Shown here in pieces: positions 55,023-64,000 of a stretch of DNA of 64,000 nt; the stretch's first letter is position 1; each line of letters opens with the position of its first letter. The notes beneath the pieces were generated by a model that ran no database searches, was not told where the DNA came from, and saw nothing but the letters and a program-made list of their open reading frames with translations. Source of the DNA: Verrucomicrobiia bacterium (GTDB lineage: Bacteria; Verrucomicrobiota; Verrucomicrobiia; JABWAM01); assembly GCA_020849895.1 (NCBI GenBank), contig JADZFN010000020.1:18314-82313 (forward strand), in the 5' to 3' direction. Both the position numbers and the translations under genes were made by a program.

Positions 55023-56171
55023 ATGAACCGCTACCTTTCCGCCGTGCTGGTTGTCCTGACCCTGGCCCTGACGGGGCTTGGGCTTGTGATGATTTCCAGC
55101 ACGACGGCGACGGTGGCGGCAGGCGGCTCGGCCTCGAAGCTCGTGCGACAGCTCTCCTGGTTGGGGGTGGCGATCGCGGTCTTCGGGATCACGGGCTGGA
55201 TCGACTACAAGGCGTGGCGACCGATGGCGTGGGCGATCTTCGGGATCACCCTCTTCGCGATGCTGATGGTGCACATGCCGGTCCTCGGGATGAAAATCAA
55301 GGGGTCGTCACGCTGGGTGAGACTCGGGCCCGTTCAAGTGCAGCCTTCGGAAATCATGCGCCTCGCCCTGACGATTCTGCTCGCGGACGGTTTGGCGCGT
55401 CACCAGACGCGCATCCGGGAGATGAAATGGGGGCTCGTTTGGCCGCTGGTGGTGCTCGCGCCGGTCGTGGCGCTCCTGTTGAAGGAGCCGGACCTCGGCA
55501 CGGCCGCGCTGGTCCTGGCTTGCACGCTGGCCATGACGTATGTCGCGGGGGCGCGCCTTCTCCCGCTCCTCGGAGTCGGCGTGGCAGGAGCGGCCGGCGT
55601 GGCGACGATGGTGGCGTTGTTGCCGGAACGGCTGGATCGGTTCCAGGCCTGGTGGAACGCGGTCCTCCATCCCGAGTTGCAGCAACACGACGGCAAGTAT
55701 TATCAGATTTGGCAGAGCCTCCTGGCGCTGGGGAACGGAGGCCTCGAAGGGCTCGGCCTCGGCAAGAGTCGTTTCAAGATGCGCCATCTCCCCGAAGCCG
55801 CCACCGATGCGATCCTTCCCATCATCGGTGAAGAGCTCGGCTTTTACGCATCGCTGGCGATCCTCCTCGCCTATGTGACGATCCTGATCTGCGGCATCCT
55901 CATCGCGCGTCGCGCGCGCGAGGTCTACGGGCTTCTGCTCGGCTTCGGACTGGTTTTCGGACTTTGCCTTCAGGCGGCGATCAACGTGGGGACCTTCACC
56001 GGCTGTTTCCCTCCGAAAGGCATGCCGCTTCCGTTCATCAGCTATGGCGGATCCAATTTGGCGCTCTGCTACGCCTCGATCGGATTGCTTGTAAGTATTC
56101 ATCGCCAGTCTCTCCGCGCGCACCGCTTCCGCGCCGGTCTGCCTGCCGATGAGGAGACGCCTCTCATCTGA
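55023..56171 (+). CDS. ftsW: SEDS-family peptidoglycan glycosyltransferase FtsW
   Basis: 10-TM SEDS fold with ...PEAATDAILPIIGEELG... 382 aa. Position between murD/LysM and murG. Confidence 0.88.
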   Translation: MNRYLSAVLVVLTLALTGLGLVMISSTTATVAAGGSASKLVRQLSWLGVAIAVFGITGWIDYKAWRPMAWAIFGITLFAMLMVHMPVLGMKIKGSSRWVRLGPVQVQPSEIMRLALTILLADGLARHQTRIREMKWGLVWPLVVLAPVVALLLKEPDLGTAALVLACTLAMTYVAGARLLPLLGVGVAGAAGVATMVALLPERLDRFQAWWNAVLHPELQQHDGKYYQIWQSLLALGNGGLEGLGLGKSRFKMRHLPEAATDAILPIIGEELGFYASLAILLAYVTILICGILIARRAREVYGLLLGFGLVFGLCLQAAINVGTFTGCFPPKGMPLPFISYGGSNLALCYASIGLLVSIHRQSLRAHRFRAGLPADEETPLI

Positions 56172-56189
56172 CGAGCGGAAAGGCCGATC

Positions 56190-57293
56190 ATGAACGCGAT
56201 CGTGGTTTGCGGAGGCACCGGTGGACATCTCTTTCCCGGCATCGCTCTCGCCGAAGAGCTTCGGGCAAGAAGCCATGACACGATGCTCGTCGTCTCCGAG
56301 AAACGCATTGACCGCGTGGCGGCGGCGGGCGCGCCCGGCTTCCGGATCGAGAGCCTGCCCGGCGTGGCGTGGGCCGGTTGGCGGCCGGACCGCGTGCTGC
56401 GGTTCGCCTTGCGCCTGGCACGCGCACGGAGCACCGCCGGGCGCCGGATGGACGAATTCAGGCCCGGCGTCGTCGTCGGCATGGGAGGCTTCAGCACGCT
56501 GGCGCCGTTGTGGGCCGCGCGGCGGCGCGGGATTCCGACGCTGATCCACGAATCGAACGCGGTGGCCGGCCGGGCGAACCGCCTCCTCTCCTCGTGGGCG
56601 GACCGTTGCGCCGTGGGGATGCTCGAAGCGGAACGCTGGTTCCCGAAGGAGCGCACAGTGTGGACTGGCACGCCGGTGCGCGCGGCGCTCCGCGCGCTGC
56701 CCTCGCGCGCCGAAGCCCGGAAGCGCCTCGGTCTGCCTTTCGATCTTCCGGTCGTGCTCGTCATGGGCGGCAGCCAGGGCGCGCGGGTCCTGAACCGCCT
56801 TGCCGTCGAGGCGGCGGCGCGCCTCGGCCCCGGCCACGCCGCGTGGATCCATCTCGCGGGAGAATTGGACGAAATTCCGATGCGCGAGGCTTACGCAAAG
56901 GCCGGCGTCGCCGCCCGTGTGGAGATGTTCTCCCACGACATGGCGGCGGCCTACGCCGCCGCGGACCTGTTCCTCGGGCGATGCGGCGCCGCCTCGCTCG
57001 CGGAGATTGCGTCGGCGGGCCTCCCCTCCGTGCTTGTGCCTTTTCCCTATGCGGCCGACCGCCACCAGTCCGCGAACGCCGCCGTCTTCAAGCGCGCGGG
57101 CGCCGCCGTTGCGGTCGAGGAAAAAGATTGGACGGGTGAACGCCTTGCCTCCGCGCTCGGCGACCTGTTGACCAACCGCGGGAAGCTCGCGGCGATGGCC
57201 GCCGCCGCGCGCGGCCTGCGTCAGGACGAGGCGCACCGACGCCTCGCGGATGAAGTCGTGGCGCTCGGGACGCGGGGGAGGGACGCGCCATGA
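56190..57293 (+). CDS. murG: UDP-N-acetylglucosamine--N-acetylmuramyl-(pentapeptide) pyrophosphoryl-undecaprenol GlcNAc transferase
   Basis: MNAIVVCGGTGGHLFPGIALAEEL... GT28 N- and C-domains. 367 aa. Confidence 0.9.
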   Translation: MNAIVVCGGTGGHLFPGIALAEELRARSHDTMLVVSEKRIDRVAAAGAPGFRIESLPGVAWAGWRPDRVLRFALRLARARSTAGRRMDEFRPGVVVGMGGFSTLAPLWAARRRGIPTLIHESNAVAGRANRLLSSWADRCAVGMLEAERWFPKERTVWTGTPVRAALRALPSRAEARKRLGLPFDLPVVLVMGGSQGARVLNRLAVEAAARLGPGHAAWIHLAGELDEIPMREAYAKAGVAARVEMFSHDMAAAYAAADLFLGRCGAASLAEIASAGLPSVLVPFPYAADRHQSANAAVFKRAGAAVAVEEKDWTGERLASALGDLLTNRGKLAAMAAAARGLRQDEAHRRLADEVVALGTRGRDAP

Positions 57294-59644
57294 CCGAAAT
57301 CGGCCGAGAGGATCTGAGGCTGTTGCTCGCGAGTGGAGCGCGTTGCGCGCACCTTGTAGGGGTGGCGGGTTCCGGCATGAGCGGTCTTGCGCATCTGCTC
57401 GCACAGCGCGGGCATCGGGTGACGGGCTCCGACATCGGGGAGGAATTCGACGCGGAAGCGCTCCGCCGCGCCGGCATCGTCCGCTATCGCGGCCATTCCG
57501 CGGCTCACGTCGAGAACCCCGACTTCGTTTGCTATTCCTCCGCCATCCCCACGGACAACGATGAATTGGTCGAGGCGCAGCGCCGGGGCATCCCACTCGT
57601 CCGGCGGGCGCGCGCCCTCGCCGCGCTCGTGCCGCCGCAGAAGGCGATGCTGGTCGGTGGCACGCACGGGAAAACGACGACCACCTCGATGATCGCCCAC
57701 ACGCTCGTTCACGCGGGCGTGGATCCCTCGTTTTACGTCGGCGCCTTCGTGCCCGATCTCGGTGGCAGCGCCCGCCATGGAAAAGGGGAAAACTTCGTGA
57801 TCGAGGCCGACGAGAGCGACGGAACGATGAGCGAGTTCGCTCCGCACGACCTGGTTCTCTTGAACGTGGAAGCGGAACACCTGGATTTTTACGCGGACCT
57901 CGCTGCGATCGAGCGGGCCTTCCGGGCCCTCGTGTCGTGCGCGACGGGGCGCGTGATCTATTGCGCGGACGATCCTGTCGCCGCGCGCGTCGCCGCTGCG
58001 GCGCGGGACGCTTCGGCCTGGTCGGCAGCCCCGTCGCTCGCCGCCGGCGCCGAGTGGATCGCCGTGGACGTGCGCCTCGAGGCTTCAGGTTCCCGATTCA
58101 CGCTGCGGCGCGGCGCAGAAACGCTTGGCGAGGTCTGCCTGCGCGTGCCCGGCCGGCACAACGTCTCGAACGCAGTCGGGGCGATCGCCGCCGCCATGGG
58201 CGCCGGCGTCTCCTTCGCGAAGGCGGCGGAAGCCCTGACCTCCTTTTCCGGAGCGCGTCGGCGGTTCGAACGAGTGTTCGAAAGTGCGCGGTTTCGCCTC
58301 GTGGACGATTACGCGCATCACCCGAGTGAGGTGCGTGCCACGTTGCGCGCCGCGCGCCAGGTGCGGCACGGGCGGCTTCTCGCCGTCTTCCAACCTCACC
58401 GCTATTCCCGCACGCGCGCCCTCCACGAGGAGTTCGGCGCCGCGCTCCACGAGGCGGACCGCGTCTTCATCACCGAGGTCTACGCCGCCAGCGAAACCCC
58501 CATCGAGGGCGTGAGCGGAGAGCTCGTGGCGCGCGCGCTCGCCGCACAGCCCGGACGGGACCCGGCGAGCGTGACGTGGGAACCGAACATGTGGCGCCTG
58601 AAAGACCGGCTCGCCGCGGAGCTGCGCGACGGCGATACGGTCCTCGCGATGGGCGCGGGAAACATCCAGGACATGACGCGCCGCCTGGCGTCGGAGCTTC
58701 GCGCGCATAACGAGCTCGCGCAATTGCTCGATCCGGGGGCGGATGTGCGCCTCTGCGAACCGATGGCGAAACGCACTTCGATGCGCGTCGGCGGCCCCGC
58801 ACGGTTGTGGATCGAGCCCGCCGGGGAACGCGATCTCGTGGCCGTGCTGCGGCGCTGTTCCGAAGCCCGTCAGTCGGCCGGCGATGCCCCCGAGGTCCGG
58901 CGGCTCTACGCAGTGACCGTGGTGGGCCGAGGTTCGAACCTCCTCGTGCGCGACGCCGGCATCTCGGGGGTGACGCTCCACTTGGGTCGGGAGGCTTTTC
59001 GCGGTGTGGAGGCTCGGAGGGAGCGCCTCCGCGCGGGCGGCGGCGCGCGCCTCAAGCAGGTCGTCGCCGCGGCACGCGCCGCAGGCCTCGAGGGACTGGA
59101 GTTCCTCGAAGGCATTCCCGGCAGCGTGGGAGGCGCGTTGAGAATGAATGCCGGCGCAATGGGGTCGAGCGTCTTCGAAGTCGTCGAGCGCGTGCGGTTC
59201 GTCACGCTGCACGGCGAGATTGTCGAGCGCGCGCCGGAGGAACTGCATCCCGTCTACCGCCATTGCCCCGGGCTCGACGGTTGTCTCGTATTGTGGGCCG
59301 AGTTTCGCGGAACTCCGGCGCCGGTTGCGAAGATCGATGCGCGTCTGAAGGCCTTCGAGGAGAAACGCCGCGCTTCCCAGCCGGCCGCCGCCTGCGCCGG
59401 ATGCATCTTCAAAAATCCACCCGGCGATTCGGCGGGAAGGCTCATTGACGCATGCGGCCTCAAAGGGCTTGCCTTTGGCGCCGCGCGCGTTTCCGAGGCC
59501 CATGCGAACTTCATCGTGAACGATGGCGGAGCGACCGCTTCCGACATCCTGACGCTGGCCGGCATGGTGCGCGACCGGGTGCGCGCCGCGCGCGGCATCG
59601 AATTGGAGATGGAAGTCGTCGTTCTCGGCGACGAAGGCTGGTGA
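57290..59644 (+). CDS. murC-murB: Fused UDP-N-acetylmuramate--L-alanine ligase (MurC, N-terminal about 470 aa) and UDP-N-acetylenolpyruvoylglucosamine reductase (MurB, C-terminal about 310 aa)
   Basis: N-terminal ...HLVGVAGSGMSGLAHLLAQRGHRVTGSD... , ...GTHGKTTTTSMIA... (MurC). C-terminal ...KRTSMRVGGPARLWIEP..., ...GRGSNLLVRD..., ...RMNAGAMG... (MurB FAD-binding and substrate domains). Single uninterrupted 784-aa frame. Confidence 0.85.
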   Translation: MTEIGREDLRLLLASGARCAHLVGVAGSGMSGLAHLLAQRGHRVTGSDIGEEFDAEALRRAGIVRYRGHSAAHVENPDFVCYSSAIPTDNDELVEAQRRGIPLVRRARALAALVPPQKAMLVGGTHGKTTTTSMIAHTLVHAGVDPSFYVGAFVPDLGGSARHGKGENFVIEADESDGTMSEFAPHDLVLLNVEAEHLDFYADLAAIERAFRALVSCATGRVIYCADDPVAARVAAAARDASAWSAAPSLAAGAEWIAVDVRLEASGSRFTLRRGAETLGEVCLRVPGRHNVSNAVGAIAAAMGAGVSFAKAAEALTSFSGARRRFERVFESARFRLVDDYAHHPSEVRATLRAARQVRHGRLLAVFQPHRYSRTRALHEEFGAALHEADRVFITEVYAASETPIEGVSGELVARALAAQPGRDPASVTWEPNMWRLKDRLAAELRDGDTVLAMGAGNIQDMTRRLASELRAHNELAQLLDPGADVRLCEPMAKRTSMRVGGPARLWIEPAGERDLVAVLRRCSEARQSAGDAPEVRRLYAVTVVGRGSNLLVRDAGISGVTLHLGREAFRGVEARRERLRAGGGARLKQVVAAARAAGLEGLEFLEGIPGSVGGALRMNAGAMGSSVFEVVERVRFVTLHGEIVERAPEELHPVYRHCPGLDGCLVLWAEFRGTPAPVAKIDARLKAFEEKRRASQPAAACAGCIFKNPPGDSAGRLIDACGLKGLAFGAARVSEAHANFIVNDGGATASDILTLAGMVRDRVRAARGIELEMEVVVLGDEGW

Positions 59645-59660
59645 GCTTCCCGGAGACGCC

Positions 59661-60587
59661 ATGAAACGAACCGAGATCCAAGTGGCCGTATTGAAAGGTG
59701 GTTTTTCGAGAGAACGGGCGGTGTCGCTCCGTACGGGGGCCGCCGCCGCCGCGGCCCTGAGGTCGTCCGGCTGTCGAGTCGAGGAAGTGGACGTGCGCCA
59801 CCGGCGCTGGCGGCTCCCTGCGGGAACCGACGTGGTCTTTGTCGCGCTGCACGGCGCTTACGGCGAAGACGGCGAGCTTCAGGACACGCTTGAAAAACGG
59901 GGCCTGCCGTTCACCGGCTCCGACGCCGCGGCTTGCCGACGCGCGTTCGACAAGGCCGCGTCCAAGGCGCGCTTTCGCGAGGCGGGACTTGCGACGCCCG
60001 AAGGCATCGTCCTCCGAGGGCGGGAGAAAGCGCCGAAGGCGGAGGAGCTTCCCTTCAGCCTTCCGGCTGTGGTGAAGCCCGCGCGTGAAGGGTCGAGCCT
60101 TGGCGTGCGGATCGTGCGCGCAGCTTCGGAACTGCCAACGGCAGTCCAGATCGCTCGACGGAGCGACGAGATTGTGCTCGTGGAGCGCTATATTCCGGGA
60201 CGCGAATTCACTGTGGGAGTGCTTGGAGAAAAAGCGCTCCCCGTCATCGAAATCTGTCCCAAGAACGGCTGGTATGACTATCGAAACAAGTACACGGTAG
60301 GGAATACCGAGTATCGGGTTCCCGCTCCGCTGAGATGGAATTTAAGGAAAAAAATCCAAAATTTTGGTCTCCGAGCGCATCAGGTTCTTGGATGTCGAGA
60401 TATATCGAGGGCCGATTTTCGTCTGGACGAGACTGGTGAAATCTATTTATTGGAAGTGAACACGATCCCGGGAATGACGAAAACCAGCCTGCTTCCCAAG
60501 GCAGCCGCCGCCGCCGGCATTGCTTTTCCCAAGCTTTGCCGGACGCTGGTTGAATGCGCGTTGAACCGAGGAAAGATCCTTTCATGA
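59661..60587 (+). CDS. ddl: D-alanine--D-alanine ligase
   Basis: ...VFVALHGAYGEDGELQ..., ATP-grasp, ...EVNTIPGMT... 308 aa. Confidence 0.9.
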   Translation: MKRTEIQVAVLKGGFSRERAVSLRTGAAAAAALRSSGCRVEEVDVRHRRWRLPAGTDVVFVALHGAYGEDGELQDTLEKRGLPFTGSDAAACRRAFDKAASKARFREAGLATPEGIVLRGREKAPKAEELPFSLPAVVKPAREGSSLGVRIVRAASELPTAVQIARRSDEIVLVERYIPGREFTVGVLGEKALPVIEICPKNGWYDYRNKYTVGNTEYRVPAPLRWNLRKKIQNFGLRAHQVLGCRDISRADFRLDETGEIYLLEVNTIPGMTKTSLLPKAAAAAGIAFPKLCRTLVECALNRGKILS

Positions 60588-61489
60588 GTGGGTTGCCCTT
60601 CCAATTTCCCGTGCGCCGCCGGAACCGACCGATCCGGGTCGAGCTTCGTGCCCTCCACGCGACCCGGCGCGCGCGGGTGCGCGCCCAGAAACGCACGCGG
60701 TTTGCGGGTTTCGTGTTGCTTGCGGCGGTCCTGCTCGGCGCGGCAGGCTGGATCGCATGGATCGGCGCGCGGGAATTGGCGCGGCGCGTTCTTGCAGAGA
60801 ATCAGGCTTTCCGGATCCGGGAGATCACCGTCGAGAGCACCGGCGAGCTGCTCAAGCCCGAGTTCGTGGTGGACTACCTGCATCTCCGGCGCGGTCAAAG
60901 TCTGCTTGGCGTGGATATCGCGCGGTTGCGACGCGATCTCGAGCTGTGTTCCGAAGTGGAGCGTGCCGAAGTCGGCCTCGCGCTGCCCGACCGTCTCGCG
61001 ATCCGCATCGCCGAACGGACGCCGGTGGCGAGCCTCGTCGCCGGCGCCACGCGATATCAGGTGGACCGCCGCGGCGTGGTGATGGACCTGTTGAGCAGTC
61101 GCCGTCTCTCGGACGCTCAGAGGAAAGCCATCGAGGAGCTCCCCGTCATCACCGGCGCTGCGGTGGCGGATATGCGGATCCAGTGCCCTGTGATCTCCTC
61201 CGAGATCCATCACGCGCTGGCGCTCTTCCAACGCGTCGATCGTGGCGACCTCGATCCCGGACTCGAAATTCGCTCCGTGGACGTTTCGCGGCGCGGGTTC
61301 CTCGCCGTCACGACGGCGGACGGTTGCCGTACGCGGCTGGCTATTGCTGACCTCGACCAACAACTTCGCCGTTGGTCGGCGGTGCTTCGCGACGCGCGCG
61401 CCCGAACGCTGCGCGTGGCCACCATTGATCTGAGCCTCGGAGGGGACGTGCCCGTGACGTTCGTCGCGGCGCAAACGGAGGCGCCATGA
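60584..61489 (+). CDS. ftsQ: Cell division protein FtsQ (POTRA domain). The ATG at 60584 overlaps the ddl stop (ATGA).
   Basis: Arg-rich cytoplasmic N-term, one TM (FVLLAAVLLGAAGWIAWIG), then POTRA-like ...FRIREITVEST... Position between ddl and ftsA. Confidence 0.7.
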   Translation: MSGLPFQFPVRRRNRPIRVELRALHATRRARVRAQKRTRFAGFVLLAAVLLGAAGWIAWIGARELARRVLAENQAFRIREITVESTGELLKPEFVVDYLHLRRGQSLLGVDIARLRRDLELCSEVERAEVGLALPDRLAIRIAERTPVASLVAGATRYQVDRRGVVMDLLSSRRLSDAQRKAIEELPVITGAAVADMRIQCPVISSEIHHALALFQRVDRGDLDPGLEIRSVDVSRRGFLAVTTADGCRTRLAIADLDQQLRRWSAVLRDARARTLRVATIDLSLGGDVPVTFVAAQTEAP

Positions 61490-62739
61490 GCCTTGTCAAC
61501 GCGATTTTAAAAAGAAACCGATCGGATTTCCTCGTGGGTCTGGACATCGGTACCAGCTCCATCAAGCTGGCGATCGGTGAGACGTGCCCCGACGGCTCGC
61601 TCTCGATGGTCGGCAGCCATGTCGTCGAATCTCAGGGGATCAGCAAGGGTGAGGTGCAAAATCAGGAGCGCGCCTGCGAAGCGATCGCGCGGGCGTTCAC
61701 GGAAACCGAAAACAACCTTGGGATTGGAATCGAGGTCGTCGAGCTCGCCATCACCGGCTCGCACATCGCTTCGGGGACCTATACCGGACATGCGAACGTC
61801 CAGAGCGAAGAAGGAGAGGTCGCCGAAGCGGACGTGCGGGCGGCCATGGACAGCGCGTCGAGTTGCGCGCAACTCGGCGGCGACCGCGCGATGATCCACA
61901 CCATGCGCTGCACGTTCGAACTGGATGGCGGCCCTCCCCTCACGAATCCCGTGGGCCATATCGGCGGCACCCTCAAGGCGGAGGTCCACTGCATCCACGG
62001 TCAGGCGACACGCATCCAGAACCTGAGCCACTGTTTGTGCGAGAAGATCGGCGCGAACGTCGAGATTGGCAATTCGGTCTTCAGCGGGTTCGCGAGCGCT
62101 CTCGCCGTGCTTGAGCCTGAGGATAAGCTCGGCGCCATTGTCATTGATCTCGGAGGCGGCATCACCGAATACGCCGTGTATCTCCGCGGGATGCTCCGTC
62201 AATCGGGAACGCTCGGCGTCGGAGGAGGCCATCTCGTGAACGACTTGATGGTTGGCCTCGGCATCCGTCAGCGCCGAAGGGCGGAGAAGCTGCTCCAAAA
62301 AGCCGGTGGCGTGATGGTGGAGCCCGGCGACCGCGACAAGGAAGTGAGCTTCGCCAGCCAGGAATTTCTTGGAGACCGGGAAAAGGTTTATTATCTCGAG
62401 GACATCCAACGCATCCTTCATGCGCGGATGCACGAGACGCTGCGCATCCTCCGCGATCGCATTTTCGCTCGAAACGCGAACGACCTCAACGGCGCGACCG
62501 TTTTTCTGACCGGCGGTTGCTCCCATCTTAAGGGGATGACGACCCTCGCGCAATCGGTCTTCGACATGCATGCGAAGCAGGGAATCCCCGGCGGTTTCGA
62601 AGGGCAGGAAGAACATCTGCGAAAGCCGGAAATGGCGACCGCCGTCGGCCTCGTCAAATACGCCCATGTCCAGCGGCAATACGAATCGAAGCGGGCCGGG
62701 CCCTGGTGGAACCGCATGTGGAGGGCGGTCTCCGGTTGA
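61486..62739 (+). CDS. ftsA: Cell division protein FtsA
   Basis: Actin-like ATPase: ...VGLDIGTSSIKLAIGE..., ...VIDLGGGITE..., ...TGGCSHLKG... 417 aa. Confidence 0.9.
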   Translation: MSLVNAILKRNRSDFLVGLDIGTSSIKLAIGETCPDGSLSMVGSHVVESQGISKGEVQNQERACEAIARAFTETENNLGIGIEVVELAITGSHIASGTYTGHANVQSEEGEVAEADVRAAMDSASSCAQLGGDRAMIHTMRCTFELDGGPPLTNPVGHIGGTLKAEVHCIHGQATRIQNLSHCLCEKIGANVEIGNSVFSGFASALAVLEPEDKLGAIVIDLGGGITEYAVYLRGMLRQSGTLGVGGGHLVNDLMVGLGIRQRRRAEKLLQKAGGVMVEPGDRDKEVSFASQEFLGDREKVYYLEDIQRILHARMHETLRILRDRIFARNANDLNGATVFLTGGCSHLKGMTTLAQSVFDMHAKQGIPGGFEGQEEHLRKPEMATAVGLVKYAHVQRQYESKRAGPWWNRMWRAVSG

Positions 62740-62746
62740 TTTTGCG

Positions 62747-63997
62747 ATGAAGCCGAAGAATTTTATGGCAGGCGGCGAGGAGGCCTCGCGTCCGGCGTCC
62801 GCCCGTCGCGCACCCTCCGAGAAGCGCGTGCGCATCAAGGTCGTCGGTGTCGGCGGCGCCGGCGTGAACGCCATAGATCGCCTCGTGGAAGACGGCTTCG
62901 ATCAGGTCGGCCTCCTCGCGCTGAACACGGACGCCCAGGCCCTCGCCAACTGCATGGTCGCCGACAAGCTCCAGATCGGCGAACGGATCACTCACGGTCT
63001 CGGCGCCGGAGGCGATCCCGATGTGGGCCGACAGGCCGCCCTCGAGGACGCAGAAGCGATCGCGGACGCCGTTCGCGGCTACGACCTTCTCTTTTTGGCC
63101 GCCGGTCTCGGAGGCGGCACCGGCACCGGCGCCTCGGCGGTCGTCGCCCGGACTGCACGCGACCAGGGTACGCTCGTGCTGGCGCTGGTGACGCTGCCCT
63201 TCTCTCACGAAGGCGCCTACCGCGATCGCGTGGCGCGCGGAGGTCTCCTCGCGCTTCAGGATGCTGCGGACGCGGTGATCTGCATTCCGAACGACAAACT
63301 CTACGACCTCGCCGGAGCGGATGCGAGCGTGCAGCAGGGGTTCGCCCCCACCGATGCCTTCCTGAGCGGCGGTGTACGCAAAATCTGGCGGATGCTCGGG
63401 ACCACCGGATTGATCAACATTGATTTCGCCGATCTGCGCGCCGTGCTCAAACGTCGCGGCGGAGAAACGCTGGTCGGTTTCGGTGACGGCGAAGGGCCCG
63501 ACAAGGTGGAGAAGGCCCTCGAAAGCGCGCTCGCAAGCCCTTTGCTGAACGATTCGGAGACGCTCCAACGCGCCGAATGCGCCTTGGTCGCCGTGACGCA
63601 TGGGTCGGATTTTAAGATGGCCCAATTCCGTGAACTGATGAAGAGGGTCAGCGAGAAGTTCGGGCCGCAGACCGCCTGCAAGCAGGGCCCCATCGTGGAT
63701 GAAAATTTTCAGGACCGGATTTCGCTTCTAATTGTCGCCTCCACCGGCAAATCCGTTCTGCCCGCCTCCGGCCGCGCCGGCGCTCGCGTGGCGGACGGCG
63801 AGATTCAAACCTCGACCCTCAATCCCTCGTCGGTCTCCGTGCCGTTCACGGGGAAGGGCAAGATCCGACAAGGGGTCCTCAATCTCAATGAGGTCTTCCG
63901 TGGGTCCTTCGAGGGCGCGGAACGCACCGTGGTGGACGGCGAGGACCTCGATCTGCCCACGTTCATCCGACGCAAGATCCAGCTCCGGCAAAGGTAG
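62747..63997 (+). CDS. ftsZ: Cell division GTPase FtsZ. Start reassigned to ATG 62747 (MKPKNF...).
   Basis: ...KVVGVGGAGVNAIDRL..., tubulin signature ...AAGLGGGTGTGAS..., C-terminal conserved peptide ...DLDLPTFIRRKIQ. The first 59 codons of the tracked ORF overlap ftsA. Confidence 0.9.
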   Translation: MKPKNFMAGGEEASRPASARRAPSEKRVRIKVVGVGGAGVNAIDRLVEDGFDQVGLLALNTDAQALANCMVADKLQIGERITHGLGAGGDPDVGRQAALEDAEAIADAVRGYDLLFLAAGLGGGTGTGASAVVARTARDQGTLVLALVTLPFSHEGAYRDRVARGGLLALQDAADAVICIPNDKLYDLAGADASVQQGFAPTDAFLSGGVRKIWRMLGTTGLINIDFADLRAVLKRRGGETLVGFGDGEGPDKVEKALESALASPLLNDSETLQRAECALVAVTHGSDFKMAQFRELMKRVSEKFGPQTACKQGPIVDENFQDRISLLIVASTGKSVLPASGRAGARVADGEIQTSTLNPSSVSVPFTGKGKIRQGVLNLNEVFRGSFEGAERTVVDGEDLDLPTFIRRKIQLRQR

Positions 63998-64000
63998 GCA

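Noticed and set aside
55308-57596. 762-aa minus-strand ORF across ftsW and murG. Similar long antisense ORFs occur at 58085..59662, 60443..61474, 61507..62874 and 62654..63625.
   Set aside because: All are antisense to canonical dcw genes with diagnostic motifs on the plus strand. They are high-GC stop-codon-poor artefacts.
1-64000. CRISPR arrays, rRNA genes, intact IS/transposons, integrases, toxin-antitoxin pairs
   Set aside because: No regularly spaced direct repeats, no rRNA-like conserved stretches, no intact transposase or integrase frame. The only mobile-element trace is the degenerate IS3 fragment at 11179-11600.

Overview
This is a high-GC (~67%) bacterial chromosomal window. DUF1559 pseudopilin and PEP-CTERM genes suggest a Verrucomicrobiota-like or PVC-like organism, but that is inference only. 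The window has five parts, described below in order.

**1. Left end (1-5.7 kb).** The N-terminus of a type IIA topoisomerase B subunit (gyrB-like) runs off the window. It is followed by a LivK-family substrate-binding protein, a small lipoprotein, asnB, and an MFS transporter.

**2. ABC-importer operon (6.0-11.1 kb, minus strand).** Six tightly coupled genes run in this order: DUF1559 pseudopilin-like protein, PEP-CTERM surface protein, BtuF/FecB-like binding protein, a small radical-SAM enzyme, FecCD permease, FecE ATPase. Just upstream sit an AT-rich promoter island, a degenerate IS3-family transposase remnant, and an 18-bp-stem hairpin repeat. A 40-bp copy of that repeat also lies in the asnB/MFS divergent promoter.

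**3. Exopolysaccharide or O-antigen-like locus (11.6-25.2 kb, plus strand).** It encodes an outer-membrane beta-barrel, Wza, a Wzc bacterial tyrosine (BY) kinase with a (TAC)7-encoded Tyr cluster, Wzm, and a Wzt with an extended C-terminal domain. These are followed by four glycosyltransferases and six SAM-methyltransferases, chained by ATGA/GTGA start-stop overlaps.

**4. Housekeeping genes (25.2-44.7 kb).** lysA, secA, birA, coaX, tRNA-Ala(GGC), pepF, a DPM1-like GT2, glucose-6-P 1-epimerase, H+-pyrophosphatase, radC, an Amidase_2, miaA, an AmmeMemoRadiSam-type radical SAM, ltaE, and a ClC channel.

**5. Complete division/cell-wall (dcw) cluster (44.7-64.0 kb).** Gene order is mraZ, rsmH, ftsL, ftsI, murE, murF, mraY, murD, LysM protein, ftsW, murG, murC-murB fusion, ddl, ftsQ, ftsA, ftsZ. 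A candidate MraZ operator of three TTTGG repeats at 10-bp phase lies upstream of mraZ.

No CRISPR array, rRNA, or intact mobile element was seen. The ORF track writes GTG/TTG starts as M, and several start sites were re-derived from the DNA.
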